64,000 bases of DNA from Candidatus Poriferihabitaceae bacterium (GCA_965261915.1 CBDHDW010000013.1:551663-615662); one strand, 5' to 3'. Counted from the first letter of the stretch, positions 37,404 through 47,576 are shown. The notes: a model not told the origin generated them from the letters alone. Numbers and translations: made by a program.

Positions 37404-38941
37404 GTAACTGCCCAGGTTGTTTTTAAGCGTATTTCAGTGTTGCGATAATCTGATCGGCAGGCATCATCAGTGTTTCGATGATGTTCCATCCTTGTTTTCT
37501 GGCCGTTGTGATGACGCTGCGCAGGGTGGCAAAATCCTCTGCCCCTTGTTCAGACCTGAACCCTCCCGATATTTTCTGACGTAGTTTCATCATCCGCAGG
37601 TCGCGTTCAGCTTCGTTGTTTGTGAAGGGCACGTCGGGATCTGTCAGAAAGCGCAGGGTGCCTTCCTTGTGATCGCGCAATCGTAAAGCCAGATTATGTC
37701 CTGTCCGTCGCTTCTTGCGCCCCCGTCTTCCGGGTTTTGGCGGCACGAGTGGAGGCAATTCCTCATGGAAATCCAATGCTGCGGTGATGATCCTGTCGTA
37801 TCGCCGATTGATAAGCGCAACAAGCGGCGTTGAAACCGCCACGCCCTTATCCCGCGCGGCCTGTGTGACATGGTGCGCACGCCGCAGTAGCCTTTGCATC
37901 TGACCAGCCCAATCTTCCTGTTCTATTTCGACCAACGCTTGCAGTTCCCGTAAATGGTGTGCATTGCACAACGCATGGGTAACACCATCCAGCGTGAAGT
38001 AGGGCTGCCAATGATCATGCACGATACAGCCCGTGAGATTGGATAACAGATTACCGCGTTTGCTGCTGACCCGGTAGAAAGCCAGAAGCGGTGTACAGGC
38101 AACGTGAAGCCATTGCAGGCACCCCGTAATCCGGAAACCCGTCTCGTCAAGATGTTTGACGTGGACCTGTTGGGCGATCACATCCTGCAGGTGAGAAGCA
38201 ACCCCCTTGAGCCGCTCTGATGCTTTGCGGTTCATGGCGGCCACAGTGGCAGGAACCAAAGGGGCATTGAACAAATCGGCCATTATTTGCGCCAGTCTGT
38301 CTTCCGGCAGGAAATGGGCGCATTGGAGATATGTTGCCACTCCGGCGATGCGTGGCCCGTACTGCACGGGTGCCTTTACTTCCAGAGGAAACGCCGCCCT
38401 GGTTGTTTCCCCACAGTGGCCGCAAAGGCAGACATGTGCCCTGTGTTCCGTTGTCACCAGAGGCTGTGGCTCGGGCAGGTCAAACACCTGTCGTGCGGCG
38501 TAATCCTCTGCCATTGATGGCGACAGCGGTGTGCCACATTGCCCGCAGACAGAAGGAAAGTGATCTTCAACATGATCGGGATCTGCCGTTTGGCACAGGG
38601 TGCTTCCCTTGTGGCCTTTCTGCCCGCCTGACTTTTTACCGGATTTTCTCCGCAGACTTTTGGTTCTGGGTTCAGCCTTGGGCTTCTTTAGGCCGTCGCT
38701 TGAAGGCGGCTTGCTACTGTTGCTGCTGTTCAAGCTGAGGCGACGCTCAAGGTCTTCAATGCGAGCCACAAGCAGGGCTATCGTTTGTGCATTCTTCTGC
38801 TTCAGCTCTTCATAAGCCTCAACGGAAACATAACCTTTGGGTGCGTTTGAAAAAATCATAATCTTAATGAATCACATCGGGATTCCTCAGGCAAGAGAAT
38901 TATTCCAAGAGAATTATTCCTTAGGGTACCTGGGCAGTTAC
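37404..38941 (-). mobile_element. IS66-family insertion sequence type 1, copy 3 (1538 bp), without target duplication
   Basis: Same termini as copies 1 and 2. The flanks GAATATTC and CTAAACAG differ. It carries an extra 14-bp tandem duplication AAGAGAATTATTCC (38894..38921 region) in the left-end leader. Confidence 0.9.
37423..38859 (-). CDS. IS66-family transposase (TnpC-like)
   Basis: 478 aa, near-identical to 6627..8063. Confidence 0.9.
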   Translation of the reverse strand: MIFSNAPKGYVSVEAYEELKQKNAQTIALLVARIEDLERRLSLNSSNSSKPPSSDGLKKPKAEPRTKSLRRKSGKKSGGQKGHKGSTLCQTADPDHVEDHFPSVCGQCGTPLSPSMAEDYAARQVFDLPEPQPLVTTEHRAHVCLCGHCGETTRAAFPLEVKAPVQYGPRIAGVATYLQCAHFLPEDRLAQIMADLFNAPLVPATVAAMNRKASERLKGVASHLQDVIAQQVHVKHLDETGFRITGCLQWLHVACTPLLAFYRVSSKRGNLLSNLTGCIVHDHWQPYFTLDGVTHALCNAHHLRELQALVEIEQEDWAGQMQRLLRRAHHVTQAARDKGVAVSTPLVALINRRYDRIITAALDFHEELPPLVPPKPGRRGRKKRRTGHNLALRLRDHKEGTLRFLTDPDVPFTNNEAERDLRMMKLRQKISGGFRSEQGAEDFATLRSVITTARKQGWNIIETLMMPADQIIATLKYA

Positions 38942-39047
38942 CTAAACAGTTTGATTTATATCAATAAAACAAACAAAACCATTAACCAAATCAACCGCTT
39001 TATGTTAGGATAACCGTTGTTTTCTGGTCGTTTTAGTTAAAACATTA

Positions 39048-40079
39048 CCTAATTACCATCTAACCCAAGCCTATCTTCAGCAAGTTTTCCGGCATCGGTG
39101 GCGTTCTGAGTGCCGCGCAAGCAAGTCTGGGAATGAGGTCGTTCAAATCAAAACGACGATTGAAACGATACTGAAATTCTGCCAAGTATCGCTGAGCATA
39201 TTTAGGTCGAATAGCATGATAGGTACTGCGTAAGGAGCTCTTTAAGTTACCCAGAATTGTATTGACCCAATAGAACTCGGGTTTTTCGACAGACGCTCTC
39301 CCGCCGCCGCACACCATCTTGTCATGCAAGCAACCTGCCTCGACAACGGCATTAAAGCACGCCAAACCATCGGAGATAACAGTACTGCCCTCGGTCAGAT
39401 GTTGCTGACTCCATGACTTAATCGCTTCTGTGCGGAAACCCTTTACGACCGACAACTTAACCCGAACAGGGCAATGATCGGCGGTGGTCTCCACCGCCGC
39501 TACAAAAGGCGTCTTACCGGCAGCACCACGTCCCGGCTTGCACCCAGTACGTTCGCCGCCCAAGTAAGCATCATCCAATTCAATCAACCCGGATAGTTTG
39601 TTATTGTGATCCCGCTCCATCATCACCTGCATAAGCTTGTGCTTCATCCGCCAGGCGGCATTGTAGGAAATACCCAGGTGACGATGCAGTTTCATGGCCG
39701 AGATGCCTTTCTTGTCCTGTGTAATCAGATAGATACCCTGGAACCATAGCGTGAGCGGTAGTTTGGTGGATTCAAAGATCGTTCCAGCCGTCAGTGACGT
39801 CTGGCGATTGCAGCGATTGCACTGCTGAAGTTTACGGATGGTCAGCTGGCAGCACTTGTCGTGACCACAGGCCGGACACTGGAACCCTTTGGTCCACCGC
39901 CAAGCATAAAGCGCATCGAAGCATTGGGCTTCGGTACCGTACTGTTTGATAAAATCGTTCAAACTAACCCCTTTCTGGAATTGCACCTTATTACGCACCA
40001 TGACATACCCCTTATGAATTAAATAGATAGACTGTGATTATATACAGGAAAGAGCGACTTATCTATAGTGGTAATTAGG
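39048..40079 (-). mobile_element. IS1595-family (ISXO2-like) insertion sequence, copy 1 (1032 bp)
   Basis: Termini are CCTAATTACC.. / ..GGTAATTAGG. A perfect 8-bp direct repeat AAACATTA flanks it (39040..39047 and 40080..40087). Confidence 0.8.
39060..40001 (-). CDS. IS1595-family (ISXO2-like) transposase
   Basis: 313 aa with an N-terminal zinc-ribbon (CPACGHDKCC..CNRCNRQ) followed by an ISXO2-like DDE domain. Confidence 0.85.
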   Translation of the reverse strand: MVRNKVQFQKGVSLNDFIKQYGTEAQCFDALYAWRWTKGFQCPACGHDKCCQLTIRKLQQCNRCNRQTSLTAGTIFESTKLPLTLWFQGIYLITQDKKGISAMKLHRHLGISYNAAWRMKHKLMQVMMERDHNNKLSGLIELDDAYLGGERTGCKPGRGAAGKTPFVAAVETTADHCPVRVKLSVVKGFRTEAIKSWSQQHLTEGSTVISDGLACFNAVVEAGCLHDKMVCGGGRASVEKPEFYWVNTILGNLKSSLRSTYHAIRPKYAQRYLAEFQYRFNRRFDLNDLIPRLACAALRTPPMPENLLKIGLG

Positions 40080-40086
40080 AAACATT

Positions 40087-41405
40087 ATGCTGACTCCATC
40101 TACCCCAAACACAGGGCAACAAAATCTGTTTCACACCGAGCTGTTCTCTCAATTAGACCCACGAGACCCTTTAATCCAATTAGCCAACGTCATCGACTGG
40201 AAGGTCTTCGAGGGTGCATTTAGCAAACACTATTGCCACGATAACGGCAGACCCTCAAAACCAATACGCTTAATGGTTGGGCTACTGATGCTCAAACAAC
40301 TGGAAAACTTGTCCGATGAGAATGTGGTCTTACAGTTCAAGCGTAATCCGTATTATCAATACTTCTGCGGTTATCCAACCTACACCCCAAACGTGCCTTG
40401 CAGTGCAACCGAACTGGTGCATTTTAGAAACAGAATCGGTGTCGCAGGTTTTGAACTCATTTTTAAGATGAGTGTGATGTTGCACGGCAAAAAAGCTAAT
40501 GAAAACACTGTTTTGATTGACACCCCTGTTAAAGAAGTTAAAAACAGGAAAAAAACATCACCTATCCGACTGATTCTAAACTAGCCATCAAAATTATCAA
40601 CCGTCTCAACAAATTGGCGAAAAAACATGGCATCAAACAACGCAGAACCTTTGTAAAAGAAGTTAAAAACTGCCGCTTACGCGTTCGCCACTTCCGCCAT
40701 GTTAAAAAGCGTACATCCGCCAAAATGGCATTGAAACGATTGCGAACCATTGCCCATATTCTAATCCGAGAACTACAAAGGAAACTACCCCAACACGGAC
40801 TGCTTGAAACCTACCAACCAGACTTCTTGTTTTATCAGCGGCCTTTTATAAGCAGGCGTGGGGCACAACAACCCAAAGACAAAAACAAAATTTATTCCCT
40901 GCACGAACCCCATGCTTATGTGATTTCTAAAGGCAAAGACAGTAACATCATTGTCGGCGTTGTCAGCCATAAGAAAAACCAGCATGATGCAAAAACTCTA
41001 CCCGATGCGATAAAACAAGCCAATAGCAACAGAACAAAACCCATCAAACAAGCGGTCTGCGACAGAGGCTATTGTGGGGTTAAACAAGTGGGCGATACGG
41101 ACATTATCCTGCCCAGCAAAGCCCTGAAAAAAGACAATCGTTATCAAAGAGATAAGAAACGCAAATTGTGTAAGCGACGGGCTGCCATAGAACCCATTAT
41201 TGGGCATTTGAAATCCGATTTTAGGTTATCCAGAAACAGGCTTAAAGGACAAGTTGGCGATGAAATCAATGCTTTAATGGCTGCTTGTGCCTGGAATTTG
41301 AGAAAGTGGCTGGTTTTTTGTCACGTCTGCTATTTATGGCTTAAAAAAGCGCGTTTTGTCCATATTTTTGGTAAAAAGCCCTTGGTCCATTTGATTCAAG
41401 GTTGA
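40087..41405 (+). pseudogene. IS5/IS1182-like transposase, frameshifted by a 14-bp insertion and carrying an internal deletion
   Basis: The N-terminal InsH/DUF772-like part is in ORF 40087..40584 and the DDE part in ORF 40614..41405. Deleting 40531..40544 restores one continuous frame (..DTPVQEKNITYPTDSKLAIKIINRL..). Confidence 0.8.
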
Positions 41406-41485
41406 TTCACGTTCGCTGAGCGGCCGCTTGAAATATATTTTTACTTGTTAGGTCGGTTTTTAAGGGCTGACTAATTATCACTATA

Positions 41486-42147
41486 TGTGGTGCTCGACCT
41501 GTTCAGCCGCTTTGTCGTGGCCTGGATGGTTTCACGCAAGGAAAATAGCGCGCTAGCCAAGCAGCTGATGGACGAGGCCACCACCCGCTATGGTATTGAG
41601 CCTGGTCAACTTACCCTACACCAGGATCGTGGTTCACCGATGATCGCTCACGGGTATTTGGACTTGATGCGAGAATTGGATGTTACCTGTAGCCATAGCC
41701 GCCCTCGAGTGAGCAATGATAATGCGTTCAGTGAAAGTCAGTTTAAGACGCAGAAATACCAAGCGGATTATCCCGGTCGCTTTGACACGATGTCACACGC
41801 GCGGCTCTGGTGTGAAGGTTATTTCCACTGGTACAACTTCAAACACCATCACAGTGGGCTGGCAGGGTTTACCCCGGAACAGGTCTTTACAGGACGATAT
41901 CGTGACGTGGTCGAGCAAAAGCAGCGAGCGCTTGATGAACGTTACCGGCAGAACCCCGAACGCTTTGTTCGAGGACGACCGAGAGCATCATTGCCACCAG
42001 CAACAGTGGCAATCAACCCCGTAGAGTCCAGCAATGATGGGACTATGCGTTGCGACCGTGTTAACTTCCCGACACTCACGGCCGCTGGTTATGTGAAATA
42101 GATGTTATCTTTAAAATGACTGTCCATATGAGGTTGACACCTTCCGA
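41486..42147 (+). mobile_element. IS3-family fragment (3' part only)
   Basis: ORF 41487..42101 encodes the C-terminal part of an rve integrase-core domain (..LDLFSRFVVAWMVS..HQDRGSPM..SRPRVSNDNAFSESQFKTQK..). It starts mid-domain; the right boundary is approximate. Confidence 0.75.
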
Positions 42148-42562
42148 GACCAATACTTCGATGCGCTTTATGCCTGGCGGTGGCCCAAAGGCTTTCAGTG
42201 TCCGGCCTGTGGTCACGACAAGTGCTGCCAGTTAACCAATCGTAAACTTCAGCAGTGCAATCGCTGCAATCGCCAGACGTCACTGACGGCTGGAACCATC
42301 TTTGAATCCACCAAACTACCGCTCACGCTATGGTTCCAGGGTATCTATCTGATCACGCAGGACAAGAAAGGCATCTCGGCCATGAAACTGCATCGTCACC
42401 TGGGTATTTCTTACAATGCCGCCTGGCGGATGAAGCACAAGCTTATGCAGGTGATGATGGAGCGGGATCACAATAACAAACTATCCGGGTTGATTGAATT
42501 GGATGATGCCTATCTCGGCGGCGAGCGTACTGGGTGCAAGCCGGGACGCGGTGCTGCCGGTA

Positions 42563-42808
42563 AGACACCTTTTGTAGCGGCGGTAGAGACCACGGCCGAT
42601 CATTGCCCAGTCCGGGTTAAGTTGTCGGTCGTAAAGGGTTTCCGCACAGAAGCGATTAGGTCATGGAGTCAGCAACATCTGACCGAGGGCAGTACTGTTA
42701 TCTCCGATGGTTTGGCGTGCTTTAATGCCGTTGTCGAGGCCGGTTGCTTGCATGACAAGATTGTGTGCGGCGGCGGGAGAGCGTCTGTCGAAAAACCTGA
42801 GTTCTATT
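42563..42808. repeat. 246-bp target-site duplication (left copy) of IS1634-family copy E
   Basis: Matches 44724..44969 with 5 mismatches counted by eye. Confidence 0.8.
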
Positions 42809-44723
42809 CCTGACTTCGACGGTTCACACTCATAACTCATTGATTTATAAGGAAACACAAAAATACCTAGGCACTACAAATGCCCAGATATTTAAGGATT
42901 ATGTCAATTAGTACAGTGGGTAAGCTGTGGTGGTCGCTTTTAATCCCATCACGGCATAGATTTTTTTTGCTTCTGGATTGATTTGAGCAGGCATGACATA
43001 ACGCTGTTTGGTGCGCTTGTGTTTGAACACACTATGTTGCACATGAATCAAGGCATTACGGATAACCTCCGGGGACAAGGCTTTATGTTGCAGCTTGATT
43101 CGATACATCAGCTGTCTGATACAGGCAAAAGCCATGAACGAAATAGCGATGTGGGCACGCACTCTTGAGGGTGTCCAGTGGTAGATAGGGCGTACTTTCA
43201 AGTCATGTTTAGTGATGCGAAAACTCTCCTCGACCTGCCATAAGCCACGATAGTGTGATAGCACTTCCTGATGCGGCGTATCGGGCAAATTGGTGATGAC
43301 CCCATGCAGTCCGTCCCAGCGGCTTTCGGCAGCAATTTTATCCTGGTTGATGCTTAAGCTGGTTTTTCCCTTGATAATCAGAAATTTTTTATAGCCGTAG
43401 TTATTTAATAAGTCCTTGGGATTCTGGCTTTTACCTATTTTCTTGATGAGCCGATCGACCGCCTTTTGTCGGTCATGTTGATCTTTATCCGCACGCTTTG
43501 GACAATGTGAGACAATGAGTCGTCTCTTCTTGTGCGTCAGCTCGGCTGCGCTTGATGCGCCTTTATCGAGCGCCTGATAAGCTGATTTATCCAATACTTT
43601 GGTTTGTAGTGCACTTGGTAATTGTTTTAGTTTCGCTCCGACAATGTAATAAGCGCCCGCCTCATCCAGGGCGCTTAGATTGTCTTCATTCAACATGCCC
43701 CTATCAGCGACAAAGATCATTTTCCTGACATCATAGCGAGCTTGCATCGTCTGCAAAACGCTGATCAGGCTATGACCCTCGAAAGTAGCACCGGGAAACA
43801 CTTCGTAGCCGACCGGCAGACCTTCGCGGGTGACCAGCAAAGCCAGCAATACCTGTGGCTGATTGACCTGTGTCTGATTAACTTGACAGTCCTTGCTGTA
43901 GCCATTTTGTTTTAATTCGTCTTCCTTGAAAGACTCAAAATAGAGCGTCGTACAATCAAAGAACAACACATCAAGGGCACCAGGCAACAAGGATCGCGTA
44001 CCTTCACAGGTCATCGCTTGCAGCCGGCTGATGGTGTTATCGTCCAGCTGATCCATCATCCGATAAACTTTCTCTAAGGACAAAGAAACGCCAAAGTCCT
44101 GCTCCAAGTGCTGCACGCTGCCGCGCTTGCGCTTGCCTTGCTCTGGGGGGATTAGCAATGCGTGCCATCACGCAATGGAACAGGGCTTCATGGGAGGCAC
44201 GATACTTCTTTTGCGGCAACAGGGTATCGAACGACAACTGGCGATAGACCGCGCCATACACCTCATGGATGCCCAGCACCACCCGTTGTTCTTCCACCAT
44301 CTGCCTCAGGTCAACATTCAAGGTGGCTTTAGACGCTTTGGCTGCTTTCGCTTCAATAACTTGTTTGGCGACCGCCTCAGGCGGGAACAGGCTGGGCTGA
44401 TGCTGGGCTTCAATCTTCGCCTTGACGACTTCGGCCAGCGCTTTCAATCGCACTAACTCATCGTCATCCATGGCAATGCCGATATAACGCACAATCTTTT
44501 GCTTGACCTTATCACCGACGCGCACAGATGAAACAATCTGAACCGATTGTCTTGGGCTATTGGGTGTAGATTTAACGCGAACAAACATGGGGTGAGCTTA
44601 CACCATGCTATCGCCGAAGCCAACACAAATATTTAGATAGGCACTACAAATCGATCTCAACAGAAGACCCCCGTATTGACTGGGCTGTAGGCGATCTGCG
44701 TGGGGTGGACCGTCGAAGTCAGG
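42809..44723 (-). mobile_element. IS1634-family insertion sequence, copy E (1915 bp), transposase inactivated
   Basis: Same termini as the other copies; flanked by a 246-bp imperfect direct repeat. Confidence 0.9.
42908..44588 (-). pseudogene. IS1634-family transposase, frameshifted
   Basis: Two overlapping ORFs (44037..44588 and 42908..44158). The frame changes at ..ARIANP / PRARQAQ.., where intact copies read ..ARIANPKSKRGSVQQLEQDFG... Confidence 0.85.
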
Positions 44724-44969
44724 AGACACCTTTTGTAGCGGCGGTAGAGACCACGGCCGATCATTGCCCAGTCCGGGTTAAGTTGTCGGTCGTAAAGGGT
44801 TTCCGCACAGAAGCGATTAAGTCATGGAGTCAGCAACATCTAACCGAGGGCAGTACCGTTATCTCCGATGGTTTAGCGTGCTTTAATGCCGTTGTCGAGG
44901 CCGGTTGCTTGCATGACAAGATTGTGTGCGGCGGCGGGAGAGGGTCTGTCGAAAAACCTGAGTTCTATT
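44724..44969. repeat. 246-bp target-site duplication (right copy) of IS1634-family copy E
   Basis: See 42563..42808. Confidence 0.8.
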
Positions 44970-45190
44970 GGGTCAATACGATTCTGGGTAACTTAAAGAG
45001 TTCATTACGCAGTACCTATCATGCTATTCGACCTAAATATGCTCAGCGATACTTGTCGGAATTTCAGTATCGTTTCAATCGTCGTTTTGATTTGAACGAC
45101 CTCATTCCCAGGCTTGCTTGCGCGGCACTCAGAACGCCACCGATGCCGGAAAACTTGCTGAAGATAGGCTTAGGTTAAATGGTAATTAGG

Positions 45191-46278
45191 TAAGGTTATG
45201 GCCCATGGCAATCAGATGTGCGCGGGTTTTGTTTCTGGCTAACCCCATGTATCTGCCTTGCCTAATCCGTGATGCAGTTTGAGCAAACCAAAGGTGCGTT
45301 CAACCACATAGCGGACACTGCTATACATTTTATTCAGTGCTTTTTGTTGCTCCGTTAATGGTGTGTTGCGATAAGCCCGGTGCAAGATTCTATTGTTTTC
45401 TTTACCCAGTTTCTCGTCATTGTCTTTGTTGGCACTTGTGCCCTGTGGGTATAAGCACTGTCTGCGTAAACTTGTCCGTGCCTATCGCCTAACAGATGTT
45501 CAAACTCCCCAAAATTATGCAATGAATCATGCACATTGCCAGGCGTAGTGGTCATTTTCTTGATAACCATCTTCATCGGTATTGGCGTGCAGCTTAAATC
45601 CGTAGGTGCTTTTACGCCTGCCATCGGATGCCGTTTTCACGTTCCATGCCGCTTCCGGTCTTGGGTATTGTCGCCTTGCTTGTTCTTTTTAGAACGGCAT
45701 TGCTTCGCCTCAATCACAGTCGCATCGATAATATTGACCGAGCCTGTGGCAACAATAAGACTGTTTTTAGCGAGATGATGATTGATCTACGCCAATAAAG
45801 GTTCAAGCAGATTTTCGGTGTGTAATAAGTTCCTAAACCGCCAAATAGTGGAATGATCGGGTACTGCATCACTGAGACTCAAACCAATAAACCGGCGGAA
45901 CATTAAATCTCGGGCTATCTGTTCTTCTTAAGGCTTCATCGCTTAAGTTATACCACGCCTGTAAAATCAGTATCTTAAACATCATCAAAGGTGGGCATAC
46001 CCAAAGGGCACAAGTGCCGGCACACCGTGCTTGCTGGCATAAAGATGGCTGAGCGTGGTTTCGATCTGTTTCCAATCGATAATTTCATGCACATCATCTA
46101 GTTTGGACAATGACTTATGCTCAATTAAAAGGGCATCTGCGAACGAGTATTGGGCGGTTTGTTTCCAAGACATTTGACGGTATCCTCATGGTTTAGTGCT
46201 CAAGCGTTTAGTGAATGAACATCTTTTCACCATTTCACCATTTTAACGCTGCCCTGGGTAGATTTATGCAAAGGTCTC
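45191..46278 (-). pseudogene. IS5-family element #2: multiply frameshifted transposase, 3' end cut by IS1595 copy 2
   Basis: Fragments in several frames: MSWKQTAQYSFADALLIEHKSL.., ..PPLMMFKILILQAWYNLSDEAL.., ..VYADSAY.., ..RYVVERTFGLLKLHHGLGKARYMGLARN... The putative left terminus GAGACCTTTGCATAAATCTACCC ends at 46278. Confidence 0.7.
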
Positions 46279-46433
46279 AGGGTGCTTTAGAAGTGAGAAT
46301 GGAGCAAAAATATTTTTTGGACTTCGCAGCTATCTGTCGAGCTGCAAAAAGCAAGGAATTAGTGCGTCCACCGCATTAACGTTATTACTAAATGGCATGC
46401 TGCCCAATATATTTACCCCTGCTGAGTAGTTAC
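46279..46433 (+). mobile_element. 155-bp terminal fragment of the IS66 type 2 element (transposase 3' end + terminus)
   Basis: Matches the reverse complement of ~36016..36170 and ends ..CCCCTGCTGAGTAGTTAC at 46433. Confidence 0.8.
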
Positions 46434-46697
46434 ACTTGAGGAATGACTAACCACATCATAACCCGTATTGCCAGCGAGCAATTTTGAGTCAATCGCTTCA
46501 ACGGAATCATAGACATCGTAGGTTACTTCTACGTCATATTCTTCAGCAAAATTTGAAATAGTATCTTCTGCGATGTATTCGTCCCAGTTGGTAACATTCA
46601 ATTTACCAGTCGCAAACGAAGCTCCCGAGCCAAAGATAAAAGCTGAAGACACGGCGACAACAGCACCAGACTTCAAATATTGAGTGAGATTTTTCAT
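46434..46697 (-). pseudogene. N-terminal fragment of a periplasmic polyamine-binding protein (PotD/PotF family), truncated by the IS66 type 2 end
   Basis: MKNLTQYLKSGAVVAVSSAFIFGSGASFA (signal peptide), then GKLNVTNWDEYIAEDTISNFAEEYDVEVTYDVYDS.. typical of PotF/PotD. GGAGG lies 5 nt upstream of the ATG at 46697. The frame runs into the IS (..VTTQQG*). Confidence 0.7.
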
Positions 46698-46899
46698 ACA
46701 GGCCTCCAACGGCGAATAACATTTAATTTAGAATTGTGGAGCCAGTATAACCCAACTTTCTGTAAAATCCATACTTGAATAAAATTACAATATATCCATA
46801 TTTAGCGTGAGATTCTAGCCTTATCCATCCTCAATACAAGTTAGACTTGGCCGACTCTGTTGCGTACGACAGACAATCAGATACGGACTCAGATTTATA

Positions 46900-47541
46900 A
46901 TGTTTTTCAATCTAAAAATTGCCCTTGCTGGTGTCGCCGCACTGCTGATTGGTTTGTATCTACAGCTATTTGGCTTTAATCCGATGATCATTAATCATCA
47001 AAAATCTCCAGATATTGAAGGATATTTTTGGCCTGAACAAAAAGCGCTAACTGAATTCAGTATGGTAGATCATAACGGTGCAACATTCACCGAAAACAGG
47101 TTTAAAGGTAAATGGAATTTTGTTTTTTTTGGTTATACCCACTGCCCTGATATTTGCCCTATAACCATGAATACACTGCGCCAAACGAGAGATTTTCTGG
47201 TTTCGCACCCGGAATATCAATCATTGAATTTTGTATTTACCTCGGTGGACGGAGAACGCGATACACCATCACATCTAAACGGATATATAAACTTTTTTGG
47301 CGATAAATTCACCGGATTGACGGGCCGCAAAGAGCAGATTGATTCACTCACCAATCAATTAGGCATTCCTTATACGATTGATGATCATGAGCCGGGTGAA
47401 GATTATCTTGTCGGTCATAGCGGTGCGATATTTGTTATCTCACCCAACAATTCACTAGCTGCAATTCTGCAGCCGCCACATGAAGCCGCTAAAATTGCGG
47501 AAAAGTTTTCCAAAATACGGATGTTTTTACAATCGCAGTAA
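46900..47541 (+). CDS. SCO1/SenC-family copper chaperone (thioredoxin fold)
   Basis: 213 aa with an N-terminal anchor and the HCPDICP motif. Confidence 0.85.
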   Translation: MFFNLKIALAGVAALLIGLYLQLFGFNPMIINHQKSPDIEGYFWPEQKALTEFSMVDHNGATFTENRFKGKWNFVFFGYTHCPDICPITMNTLRQTRDFLVSHPEYQSLNFVFTSVDGERDTPSHLNGYINFFGDKFTGLTGRKEQIDSLTNQLGIPYTIDDHEPGEDYLVGHSGAIFVISPNNSLAAILQPPHEAAKIAEKFSKIRMFLQSQ

Positions 47542-47576
47542 CCGGTCCATTGGCCCATCAATCGATCTGTCAAAAT

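Larger units (their letters stand above)
38942..41469 (+). mobile_element. IS5/IS1182-like element remnant (IS5-like #1), split by IS1595 copy 1; outer boundaries uncertain
   Basis: Removing IS1595 copy 1 and one copy of its 8-bp TSD joins 38942..39047 directly to the transposase start (..AAACATTATG). I could not identify its own terminal repeats. Confidence 0.5.
42148..45178 (+). pseudogene. IS1595-family transposase, 5'-truncated and interrupted by IS1634 copy E
   Basis: 42148..42808 and 44724..45178 are collinear with residues ~27..313 of the copy-1 protein, with 246 bp present twice. Confidence 0.8.
41470..45190 (+). mobile_element. IS1595-family copy 2, degraded: left-end remnant, IS3 fragment replacing the 5' region, IS1634 copy inside the transposase gene
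   Basis: 41470..41485 (ACTAATTATCACTATA) matches the left end of copy 1 (CCTAATTACCACTATA). Transposase homology resumes near 42148. The right terminus GGTAATTAGG ends at 45190. Confidence 0.65.

Noticed and set aside
40064-41485. TATAGTGGTAATTAGG / CTAATTATCACTATA as the inverted repeats of the IS5-like element
   Set aside because: The 8-bp direct repeat AAACATTA around 39048..40079, and the identity of the motif with the IS1595 left-end sequence, assign both occurrences to the two IS1595 copies instead.
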